Shown in pieces: positions 20,805-29,114 of a stretch of 64,000 nucleotides of DNA. Made by a program: the position numbers and the translations under genes. Source of the DNA: an uncultured Candidatus Saccharibacteria bacterium (GTDB lineage: Bacteria > Patescibacteriota > WWE3 > UBA101185 > UBA10185); NCBI GenBank assembly GCA_964387275.1, contig CAYLVW010000001.1:150619-214618 (forward strand), written 5' to 3'. Every line of letters begins with the position of its first letter. The first letter of the stretch is position 1. Below the pieces are notes generated by a model. It was not told the DNA's origin. It ran no database searches and worked only from the letters and a program-made list of their open reading frames with translations.

Positions 20805-21203
20805 ATGTCATTAGATAAAGTAACATACATGTTGAATAAATTAAAAAATAGTTCGATGGCTGGTAAGTCAACTGTGGAGGTTTTTTATACCAAGCAATGC
20901 GAAGCAATAGCTGAATCTTTAAAGAAAGCAGGATTTTTAACCGAAGTTAGGACTTTTAAAGAGTCAGGAAAGCCTTATAAAAGTTTGAGTCTTGAGATTG
21001 CTAAGGACTCTTTTGGTATGAAGCTTACTGATGTAAAAAGAGTATCAAGACCTGGTAGAAGAATATATAGAGGAGTTTCTGAAATACAGACTTTTTCTAA
21101 AGATGCCATTATGTCGGTTGTTTCTACTTCAAGAGGGATTATGTCCGGTTCTGAAGCAAAGAAAAAGAAGTTAGGTGGGGAGGTTATCTGCATAGTTAGA
21201 TAA
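20805..21203 (+). CDS. rpsH: 30S ribosomal protein S8.
   Basis: Aligns to the S8 N-terminus (MLNKLKNSSMAGK vs MLTRIRNANMV). 132 aa. Confidence 0.92.
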   Translation: MSLDKVTYMLNKLKNSSMAGKSTVEVFYTKQCEAIAESLKKAGFLTEVRTFKESGKPYKSLSLEIAKDSFGMKLTDVKRVSRPGRRIYRGVSEIQTFSKDAIMSVVSTSRGIMSGSEAKKKKLGGEVICIVR

Positions 21204-21217
21204 TACGGGGTAACAAT

Positions 21218-21757
21218 ATGTCAAGAATTGGAAAAAAACTAATTAATATACCACAGGGAGTTACAGTTACTGTAAACGGCAATTTGGTTAATGTGAAAGG
21301 TCCTAAGGGGGAGTTAAGTTCCACAGTGCGACCGGAGATAAGAGTTGTAGTAGCTGATAATACTATAACTTTTGAAGTAGTGAGAGAAGTTAAGGGTTAC
21401 AATGCTTTTTGGGGTCTAGTTAGGGCTACAGTTAATAATATGATTAAGGGTGTAACTGAGGGTTTTGAAAAGAGATTAGAAATGGTTGGAGTAGGTTACA
21501 GAGCTAAGCAAGAAGGAACTGGTGTTTTATTAACCGTAGGTTATTCACATCCAGTTATTTATCCAGCTCCGGCAGGAATTCAACTAGTAGTAGAAGACCA
21601 ACAAAATATCGTAGTTAGGGGAACTGATAAGCAATTAGTGGGGTTGGTAGCATCTAAAATAAGAGAGATTAGAAAGCCTGAGCCTTATAAAGGTAAGGGT
21701 ATAAAATATAAATCTGAATATATTAGAAGAAAGGCTGGTAAGTCCGGAAAGGCCTAA
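21218..21757 (+). CDS. rplF: 50S ribosomal protein L6.
   Basis: MSRIGKKLINIPQGVTV is the L6 N-terminus. Confidence 0.94.
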   Translation: MSRIGKKLINIPQGVTVTVNGNLVNVKGPKGELSSTVRPEIRVVVADNTITFEVVREVKGYNAFWGLVRATVNNMIKGVTEGFEKRLEMVGVGYRAKQEGTGVLLTVGYSHPVIYPAPAGIQLVVEDQQNIVVRGTDKQLVGLVASKIREIRKPEPYKGKGIKYKSEYIRRKAGKSGKA

Positions 21758-21762
21758 CGTAT

Positions 21763-22122
21763 ATGTATAAATTAATTCATAAAAAAAGTAATAGGGAAAA
21801 AAGAAAGCTTAAGATAAGAAGTAAAATTTTTGGTACAGCTGAAAGACCTAGACTATCTGTATTTAGGTCATCCAGATACACATATGCTCAGATTATCAAT
21901 GATGAATTAGGTACTACATTAGTTGACGTTATGGCTGAGGCCATGAAGCCAACAAAAGGCTCTAATAAATCAGATTTTGCTTTTGAGTTAGGTAAGAAAA
22001 TCGCTGAAAAAGCAAAATCAAAGGGTATTGAATCGGTAGTTTTTGATAGAAACGGTTATGTATATAAAGGTAGAGTTCAGAAATTAGTAGATGGTGCCAG
22101 AGAAGGAGGTTTACATGTTTAA
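21763..22122 (+). CDS. rplR: 50S ribosomal protein L18.
   Basis: RPRLSVFRSSRYTYAQIIND is L18. Confidence 0.93.
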   Translation: MYKLIHKKSNREKRKLKIRSKIFGTAERPRLSVFRSSRYTYAQIINDELGTTLVDVMAEAMKPTKGSNKSDFAFELGKKIAEKAKSKGIESVVFDRNGYVYKGRVQKLVDGAREGGLHV

Positions 22123-22600
22123 GAAAAACTTTGAAAGAAAAGATAGAAGGCCTGTAGCAGCAAATCCAAATGAGGAGAAGTTTGAGGAAAGGGTGCTTCA
22201 AATTAAGAGAACCACTAAAAAAACATCAGGAGGGAGTAAGATAGGTTTTAATGCCTTGATACTGCTGGGTAATAAAAAAGGTATGATTGGTACTGGGCTT
22301 GGTAAGGCTTCCGACGTTCAGACAGCTGTGCAAAAAGCTGTATCAGCTGCAAGAAGAAGTATGATTAAAGTGAACATTTCTGGAGACACTATCTCTTACC
22401 CCGTCGAGGAAAAGTACGGTTCCGCAAAGATTATTTTAAAGCCTGCTCCTGAAGGTACTGGAATAATTGCTGGTGGTTCTGTTAGAACCGTGGTTGAGTT
22501 AGTCGGGATTAAAAATATCTCCGGTAAAATGCTTGGGTCTAACAACAAGATTTGTAATGTTAAGTGCACCATAAACGCGCTTAAGAAGTTAAGGAGCTAG
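22115..22600 (+). CDS. rpsE: 30S ribosomal protein S5.
   Basis: S5 dsRBD and C-terminal domain (VLQIKRTTKKTSGGSKIGFNALILLGN). Start at ATG 22115 with a GGAGG RBS. Overlaps the rplR stop. Confidence 0.93.
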   Translation: MFKKNFERKDRRPVAANPNEEKFEERVLQIKRTTKKTSGGSKIGFNALILLGNKKGMIGTGLGKASDVQTAVQKAVSAARRSMIKVNISGDTISYPVEEKYGSAKIILKPAPEGTGIIAGGSVRTVVELVGIKNISGKMLGSNNKICNVKCTINALKKLRS

Positions 22601-22602
22601 TT

Positions 22603-23052
22603 ATGTATATTTCTAACATTAATGGATTAAAAAACAGAGTTAAAACCGCTAAAAGAGTTGGCAGGGGTATAGGGTCTGGTAAAGGTGGTCATACAACAGG
22701 TAGAGGTCAAAAAGGGCAAAAGTCCCGAGGTGGGAATAGCGTTCCTTTTGGTTTTGAGGGTGGTCAGGTACCTCTATACAAGAGAATACCTCAAATCGGT
22801 GGTTTTAAAAATGGAAGAGCTTTAAGAGTTGTTGATCTAGATATCTCTAAATTGAATGTTTTTGATGATGGTATGACCATCACAGTAAAAGAATTGATAG
22901 AAAAGGGATTTTTAGGAAGATCTTCCAAGTCTAAGGTAAAGTTGCTTGGTACCGGTGATCTAAATAAGAAACTAATTTTAAAAGGCTTTTTGTTTTCTGA
23001 ATCTGCTAAGAAGAAAGCGGAAAAAGCACAAGCCCAAATTATAAATGCTTAA
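22603..23052 (+). CDS. rplO: 50S ribosomal protein L15.
   Basis: GRGIGSGKGGHTTGRGQKGQKSR is L15. It directly follows rpsE with no rpmD in between. Confidence 0.94.
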   Translation: MYISNINGLKNRVKTAKRVGRGIGSGKGGHTTGRGQKGQKSRGGNSVPFGFEGGQVPLYKRIPQIGGFKNGRALRVVDLDISKLNVFDDGMTITVKELIEKGFLGRSSKSKVKLLGTGDLNKKLILKGFLFSESAKKKAEKAQAQIINA

Positions 23053-24301
23053 CGCATTAAAGCAACCTGAAATTAGAAATAAAATACTTTTTAGTTTATT
23101 AGTTATTTTTTTGTTTAGATTTTTAGCACATGTTCCTGTACCTTTTGTTGATCTCATAGCTTTAAGATCTCTCTTTAATGCAAATCCCCTACTTGGTTTA
23201 TTTGATGTTTTTTCAGGTGGAGGTTTCCAGAATTTTTCTGTTGTTTCTCTGGGCCTTAATCCTTACGTCACAGGTAGTATTATTATTCAGATGCTTACTT
23301 TTATGTTTCCATCGCTTGAGGCAATGCAGAAAGAAGGCGAACAAGGTAGAGAGAAGCTAAATATGTATTCGAGGCTTCTGGCTTTACCTATTTCCTTATT
23401 TCAGGCTTACGGTTTATATTTTTTATTAAATAGGCAGGGTGTGATTCCTCAGCTTGATGTATGGTCTTTGTCTATTCTCATTGCTACATTAACAGCAGGG
23501 ACAATGCTTTTGATGTGGATTGGTGAATTGGTTACAGAGTATGGGGTTGGTCAGGGGATTTCTCTTTTGATATTTGCGGGAATAATATCGAGTCTTCCTA
23601 CAACTTTTACACAAATTGTGACTACACTAAATTCTGATAATATATTTTCTTTTTTGATTCTAGGGTTTTCTACTTTCCTTCTTGTCATGGGAGTAGTATA
23701 CGCTAATGAAGGGACAAGAAATATTAAGATGGAATATGGTAGAAAAGGTATTAGATCCGAAAGCGTAGTAAATTATTTACCTATTAAGATCAATAATGCT
23801 GGTGTTATTCCTATCATTTTTGCAGTTTCTTTAGTTATCCTGCCTTCTATGCTGGCCCCCGGATTACAATCTATTCCTAATCAGACTGTACAGGAGATAG
23901 GGTTATTTTTGGCAAGAAACTTCACAAGTACATCATTACTTTACAATGTTCTATACTTCTTACTCATAATAGCTTTCACCTATTTTTATACTTCCATCCA
24001 ATTTAATCCAGAGAAGATATCCGATGATCTTAAAAAAAGAGGTGGTTACATAGCAGGTATTAGACCTGGTAAGGCTACTACAATGTATTTAGCAGGTATA
24101 ATAAACAGAATTACTTTAGTTGGGGCTGTATTTTTAGGTTTAATAGCCGTTATGCCTTACATACTGAGTAATTTTATTAATACTTCTAATTATGTTGTTG
24201 GAGGTACTAGCCTTTTGATCGTTGTCTCTGTGATAATAGAGACACTAAGGCAAATTCAGTCTCTTACAGTAAGCAGAAATTATAATTCATTTTTGGACTA
24301 A
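23045..24301 (+). CDS. secY: Preprotein translocase subunit SecY.
   Basis: 10-TM protein at the conserved post-L15 position, SecY-like (LGLNPYVTGSIIIQML). Confidence 0.94.
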   Translation: MLNALKQPEIRNKILFSLLVIFLFRFLAHVPVPFVDLIALRSLFNANPLLGLFDVFSGGGFQNFSVVSLGLNPYVTGSIIIQMLTFMFPSLEAMQKEGEQGREKLNMYSRLLALPISLFQAYGLYFLLNRQGVIPQLDVWSLSILIATLTAGTMLLMWIGELVTEYGVGQGISLLIFAGIISSLPTTFTQIVTTLNSDNIFSFLILGFSTFLLVMGVVYANEGTRNIKMEYGRKGIRSESVVNYLPIKINNAGVIPIIFAVSLVILPSMLAPGLQSIPNQTVQEIGLFLARNFTSTSLLYNVLYFLLIIAFTYFYTSIQFNPEKISDDLKKRGGYIAGIRPGKATTMYLAGIINRITLVGAVFLGLIAVMPYILSNFINTSNYVVGGTSLLIVVSVIIETLRQIQSLTVSRNYNSFLD

Positions 24302-24307
24302 AAATAT

Positions 24308-24577
24308 ATGTTAGATGAAGCAAAAAAACTACTAAAACTTAAAAAAATGCAGGACGATATAAAAAAGCAAACGGAAAACGTGGTTATAAGAAAAGAGAAG
24401 GATGGTATGGTCATAGTGTTACGTGGTGATAGGAAGGTTTTGAATCTTTCTTTTGACGGTGTCGAAGACAAGGAGTTAAAAGACTTCCTAAATGATGCAA
24501 TGAAAGAGTTAGACAAGAAGCTTGAAAAAGAATTCAGAAGTCAGAGCAGTGATATACTAGCATCATTAAAATCTTAA
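24308..24577 (+). CDS. Small YbaB/EbfC-like (nucleoid-associated) protein, tentative, inserted between secY and adk.
   Basis: 89 aa. KKMQDDIKKQ...GMVIVLRGDRKVLNLSFD...ELKDFLNDAMKE loosely follows the YbaB pattern (KMQe..k.qee..GsaGGGlVkV..nG...v.idp....ed.e.LEDLv.aAvNdA). Confidence 0.35.
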   Translation: MLDEAKKLLKLKKMQDDIKKQTENVVIRKEKDGMVIVLRGDRKVLNLSFDGVEDKELKDFLNDAMKELDKKLEKEFRSQSSDILASLKS

Positions 24578-24580
24578 AAC

Positions 24581-25213
24581 ATGAAAATCTTAATGCTTGG
24601 TCCACAAGGCTGTGGTAAAGGTACAATTGGTGAGAAATTAAGTAGTTTGTTTGAGCTGCCTCTAATTTCTGTCGGTCAGATACTTCGTGATTTGCCCTCT
24701 AGTTCTCCGTACTATAAGGATATTCATATTTCAATGTTAAAAGGAAACTTAGCTCCTAATGTGGAGGTTGCTTATGTACTAAAAGCAGAGCTTGAAAGCG
24801 GAAGATACTCGAGAGGTTTTGTTATGGATGGGTGGGCAAGACAAGTCGATGATCTTAATAAATATGATCCTGGATTTGATGTGGTTGTTTTGTTGAATAT
24901 AAGTGAAGAAACAACTCTTAAAAGGCTTTCCAGTAGAAGGACTTGTAGTTCATGTGGCAAAGTTTACAACGTACTTTTTAACAAACCAAAAACAGATAAT
25001 ATATGCGATGTTTGTGGAAATAAGCTAATTCAGCGTGAAGATGATAAAGAAGAAGCAATAAAGAACAGGCTTCATATATACCTTACTGAGACGGTACCTG
25101 TTATTGAAAAATATAGGAATGAGGGTAAAATCGTTGAGATTAATGCAGAACCTTCTATTGAAGAGGTTTTTAGGAGTACAGTTTTTGCACTCGCTAATTT
25201 AAATATTGTATGA
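24581..25213 (+). CDS. adk: Adenylate kinase with a zinc-binding LID.
   Basis: P-loop GPQGCGKGT and LID CSSCGKVYN...CDVCGNKL. Confidence 0.95.
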   Translation: MKILMLGPQGCGKGTIGEKLSSLFELPLISVGQILRDLPSSSPYYKDIHISMLKGNLAPNVEVAYVLKAELESGRYSRGFVMDGWARQVDDLNKYDPGFDVVVLLNISEETTLKRLSSRRTCSSCGKVYNVLFNKPKTDNICDVCGNKLIQREDDKEEAIKNRLHIYLTETVPVIEKYRNEGKIVEINAEPSIEEVFRSTVFALANLNIV

Positions 25214-25956
25214 AGTTAAAGACAAATTCTGAGATTAATATAATGAAAGAGTGTGGTTCCATAAGTACTTATGCTTTAAACGAAGTTTTGAAGCATGTTC
25301 ACCCAGGTATTACCCTTCTTGAGTTAGACAGGATTGCGGAAAAGGCCATTATTTCTAAAGGAGGTTCTCCTTCTTTTAAAACGGTTGACGACTACGCTTT
25401 TACTACCTGTATTAACGTAAATGATGGCATTGTTCACGGGTTACCAAATAACTACAAAATAAAAACCGGTGATCTTGTAAGTATAGATCTTGGTGCTTTA
25501 TATAAAGGTTTACACACAGACCTATCATATACAGTTGAAGTAGGTACTTTAAAGGAAGAGAAGTTTTTAAATGTAGGTATAGAGGCTCTACGTTCTGCAA
25601 TAGCAAATTGCAAGCCAGGTAACCCTATGGGGTTTGTCTCAAATACAATACAGAAAATGGTTGAGAAATGGGGATACACAGTTTCTAGGGAATTAGTAGG
25701 CCATGGAGTAGGACATGAACTTCACGAAGATCCGCTTGTGCCGGGTTATGGGAAACTCACTACAGGACCTAAACTTCAAGAGGGTATGACCCTTGCAATT
25801 GAGGTTATTTATCAAAAAGGTAGCCCGAAACTGAAAATTGATTCAGATGGATGGACAATTAAAACAGCAGATGGGAGCCTTTCTGCCCTATTTGAAGCAA
25901 CCGTAGCAATTACCAAAGACGGGCCCTTGATACTAACCCACTTTCCAATGTTATAA
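25210..25956 (+). CDS. map: Type I methionine aminopeptidase.
   Basis: Metal-ligand context (D...D, HGVGHELHEDP, E...E) and pita-bread fold motifs. Confidence 0.93.
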   Translation: MKLKTNSEINIMKECGSISTYALNEVLKHVHPGITLLELDRIAEKAIISKGGSPSFKTVDDYAFTTCINVNDGIVHGLPNNYKIKTGDLVSIDLGALYKGLHTDLSYTVEVGTLKEEKFLNVGIEALRSAIANCKPGNPMGFVSNTIQKMVEKWGYTVSRELVGHGVGHELHEDPLVPGYGKLTTGPKLQEGMTLAIEVIYQKGSPKLKIDSDGWTIKTADGSLSALFEATVAITKDGPLILTHFPML

Positions 25957-25964
25957 TTTCCCTA

Positions 25965-26978
25965 ATGCCAAAAGCCGCTAAAGTAGTAGCTACATCATGG
26001 AGAAGAAATCCTAAAGCTATAAAAAAATATACATTTCTACACCATTTCCTTCCAAATCAGTTTGGTGGTAACAGAGCTGTTTTGTTAGGAGCTAAGTACT
26101 TAGTAGTATATGCGTTACTGGCAATTTTTTCCTTAGGGTTTTTGAAAACTTTGCCCACCGTTGCGCCTGGTGTGTTGGGCTACGCCTCTGATATTAAGGT
26201 TGATGAACTATTAAATCTAACTAATAAAAAAAGAATAGAATCTGGTTTAGGAGTGCTTACCTTAAACAGTGCCTTATCAGAAGCGGCCTCAGGTAAGGCC
26301 AAGCATATGTTTACTAATGACTACTGGGCACATGTATCTCCAGACGGTACTACACCTTGGGATTTTATACTAGCAGAAAAGTATGATTATATTTATGCTG
26401 GGGAGAATTTAGCAAAGAATTTTAATACCTCCAAGCAAGTAGTAGAAGCATGGTATGACTCTCCGTCTCACAAAGAAAATCTACTTAACAAAAACTACAC
26501 CGAAGTTGGATTTGCTGTTGTTAATGGTGAGTTAGATGGATACGAGACAACTTTAGTTGTACAGATGTTTGGCAAGGCTCGCAATCCTTCTGCTGTAGCT
26601 ACTGTTGACACTGATGGTAGCGACGCTCTTACTTCTCAGGGCTCTGAGGAGCTACGGGAGATTAGTGAATCCTCTGATTTAATTACAGATACAAACTTGG
26701 CTCCAAAAGTTCTAAATCCTGAAAAGATTAAAGAGCTTGCGAATGTTGATTTAAGTTTTAGTCCTTCTGATAACAAATTTTTTGATGTTAGCAAAACTTC
26801 TTTAGCAGTAAATCTTGTAATAATAGGTTTTGTGCTTAGTTTATTGATGCTTGATGTGTGGTACTCTAGTAGACAGGGTATTATAAAACTAACTGGAAAT
26901 ACCATGATACATATAGTGTATTTTGTTTTAGCTGCTGCTGGTGTTTGGTTAGTAATGGCTCCTGGGAGGGTATTGTAA
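25965..26978 (+). CDS. CAP/SCP (PR-1-like, YkwD-type) domain protein flanked by N- and C-terminal TM segments.
   Basis: HMFTNDYWAHVSPDGTTPWDF...GENLAKNF...AWYDSPSHKENLLNKNYTEVGFAV are CAP-domain signature segments. Confidence 0.75.
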   Translation: MPKAAKVVATSWRRNPKAIKKYTFLHHFLPNQFGGNRAVLLGAKYLVVYALLAIFSLGFLKTLPTVAPGVLGYASDIKVDELLNLTNKKRIESGLGVLTLNSALSEAASGKAKHMFTNDYWAHVSPDGTTPWDFILAEKYDYIYAGENLAKNFNTSKQVVEAWYDSPSHKENLLNKNYTEVGFAVVNGELDGYETTLVVQMFGKARNPSAVATVDTDGSDALTSQGSEELREISESSDLITDTNLAPKVLNPEKIKELANVDLSFSPSDNKFFDVSKTSLAVNLVIIGFVLSLLMLDVWYSSRQGIIKLTGNTMIHIVYFVLAAAGVWLVMAPGRVL

Positions 26979-27244
26979 TGGGAAGTTTTTTTCATAAAAA
27001 GAACAACTTATTACACTATATGGGTTTAATAGTGGGTTTTTGCGTATTACTTAGTTTGTTTTATTTTTTTAGGTACTCGTATTTGGCAAAGGTCATAATC
27101 TCGTTATTAGTTTCTATTTATTATTTAGCTTGGGGCATAGCTCATCACAAAATTCACGAAAGACTTACTAAGGATATAGTATTTGAATATGTATCGTTTG
27201 GACTATTGGTTTTTGTGTTATTATTAGCTGCGTTAAATGTCTGA
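26978..27244 (+). CDS. Small two-TM membrane protein, hypothetical.
   Basis: Hydrophobic 88-aa ORF. GGGAGGG RBS 6 nt upstream. TAATG overlap with the preceding gene. The alternative start at 26945 is less likely. Confidence 0.5.
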   Translation: MGSFFHKKNNLLHYMGLIVGFCVLLSLFYFFRYSYLAKVIISLLVSIYYLAWGIAHHKIHERLTKDIVFEYVSFGLLVFVLLLAALNV

Positions 27245-27247
27245 GCT

Positions 27248-28366
27248 ATGAAAATAACACTAGTAATACCAACCTATAACGAAGTTGAAAATATTCGTCT
27301 CCTTTTACCAGCTCTCTTTGAGGAGTTTAACAAATACCCAGAACATGAGTGGTCAGTTTTGATAGTAGATGGAAATTCTCCTGATGGTACCGCCAGTGAA
27401 GTGAGGACTGTTATGTCTAATAATTCCAATGTACACATTATAGTTGAAAAAGAAAAACGTGGTTTGGGTAGCGCCTATATAACTGGGTTTAAAGAAGCAA
27501 TGAATGGTTTGAATGCTGATGCTGTTGTAGAAATGGATGCTGATTTCCAACACGATCCAAAAGATGTGATTAGGTTAGTAAGGGAGTTGGAAAATGGTTA
27601 CGATTATATAATAGGCTCGAGATTTGTGGCAGGGGGTTCTATTCCAAAAGAATGGGCGTTTTATAGGAAATTTTTGAGTGTTGGGGGGAGCATTTTTTCA
27701 AAGATAGTACTTGGTATTTATAATGTTAATGATTTTACCTCAGGATTTAAGTGCACAAGGGTTAGGGGTTTTCTAGAAAAGGTTGATTTTTCACAAGTTC
27801 TTTCCAAAGGATTTGCATACAAGATGGATCTTTTATACAAAATGTTTCTGCTTGGCGCTAAATTTAGGGAAGTTCCTATAGAATTCGGGTTAAGGGATCG
27901 GGGAGACTCTAAGATGGAGAATAACAACTTCATGGACTCCTTAAAAGTTATTTTATTGCTTAGATTTTATAAAAGTAAGAGTTTTTTCAAATTTGCTATA
28001 GTCGGTTTTGCTGGACTTTTTGTAGATATACTAATCTTTAATTTTGCTAGGTACTTAAGTGGACAATCCGGGTTATCTGCACTTATATCAGGCGCTATAG
28101 CAATGTTTACTACTTTTATGCTTAATAATTATTGGTCGTTTGGTGAAAGAAAGATTGAGAGGTTTTCCAAACAACTAGTTGGCATTATAATATATATTGC
28201 ATCTTCTGCTATACCAGTTTTGGTTAGGAGCAAGTTGGTGCATTATTCTACAGATACCTTTGGCGATACATTTATTGTTTCTAATGTAGCGTTTTTCATT
28301 GGGATAGTATTTGGTCTTATTTGGAACTATACAGTGTATAGCAGGGTAATCTGGAAAAAGAAATGA
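27248..28366 (+). CDS. GT2 polyprenyl-phosphate sugar synthase (Dpm1/Ppm1-like) fused to a C-terminal GtrA-like 4-TM domain.
   Basis: ITLVIPTYNE...VLIVDGNSPDGTA...DADFQHDP is a DPM1-type GT-A motif set. The C-terminal FAIVGFAGLFVDILIFN...NNYWSFGER is GtrA-like. Confidence 0.85.
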   Translation: MKITLVIPTYNEVENIRLLLPALFEEFNKYPEHEWSVLIVDGNSPDGTASEVRTVMSNNSNVHIIVEKEKRGLGSAYITGFKEAMNGLNADAVVEMDADFQHDPKDVIRLVRELENGYDYIIGSRFVAGGSIPKEWAFYRKFLSVGGSIFSKIVLGIYNVNDFTSGFKCTRVRGFLEKVDFSQVLSKGFAYKMDLLYKMFLLGAKFREVPIEFGLRDRGDSKMENNNFMDSLKVILLLRFYKSKSFFKFAIVGFAGLFVDILIFNFARYLSGQSGLSALISGAIAMFTTFMLNNYWSFGERKIERFSKQLVGIIIYIASSAIPVLVRSKLVHYSTDTFGDTFIVSNVAFFIGIVFGLIWNYTVYSRVIWKKK

Positions 28367-29112
28367 AGTTCTCTATTGTTATACCAGCATATAATGAGTC
28401 AGATAAAATTATAAATACTCTTTCTAATGTTGTTTCTTTTATGGATTATTTTAATCCTGATTACGAAGTTCTTGTATGTAATGACGGAAGTGTGGACAGT
28501 ACTGCATCGTTAGTTAGGGATTTTTCCAAAGAGCACCCTAAAATTAAACTTGTCGATAATTCTCATAGAGGAAAGGGTCCTACAATTTGGTCGGGTGTTA
28601 TGACTGCTGAGGGGGATTTTATTTATGTGGCGGATGCTGATTTGTCTGCCCCAATGTCTGAGTTAAAGAAAATGTATGTGTGGATTAGTGAACAAAACTA
28701 TGATTTAGTAATAGCTTCAAGAGAAGGCATTGGTGCTAATAGAGTGGGTGAGCCTTTTTATAGACATTTAATGGGCAGGATTTTTAACCTTCTCGTGCAA
28801 TCAGTTTTATTACCAGGGATAAAGGATTCTCAATGTGGATTTAAATTATTTAAAAAAGATGCAGCTAAACAACTTTTCGCAAAGCTTAAAGTATATGGCC
28901 CGGAGGCTTTGGAAATAAAAGATGCTTACTTAGGTGCTTTTGATGTTGAGGTGTTATATATTGCTAAAAAACTTGGATTTAGGGTAAAGGAAGTTCCTGT
29001 AACTTGGCAGTACGTCAAGACCACCAGACTTAACCCTATTGCTGATTCACTAAAAATGGCCAGAGATGTTTTATTAGTAAAAATTAATTACTCGAAAGGG
29101 GTCTATAAATAA
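28363..29112 (+). CDS. GT2 glycosyltransferase, Dpm1/dolichyl-phosphate glucosyltransferase-like (soluble/peripheral).
   Basis: FSIVIPAYNES...VLVCNDGSVDST...ADADLSAP are GT-A DxD motifs. Confidence 0.8.
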   Translation: MKFSIVIPAYNESDKIINTLSNVVSFMDYFNPDYEVLVCNDGSVDSTASLVRDFSKEHPKIKLVDNSHRGKGPTIWSGVMTAEGDFIYVADADLSAPMSELKKMYVWISEQNYDLVIASREGIGANRVGEPFYRHLMGRIFNLLVQSVLLPGIKDSQCGFKLFKKDAAKQLFAKLKVYGPEALEIKDAYLGAFDVEVLYIAKKLGFRVKEVPVTWQYVKTTRLNPIADSLKMARDVLLVKINYSKGVYK

Positions 29113-29114
29113 CT

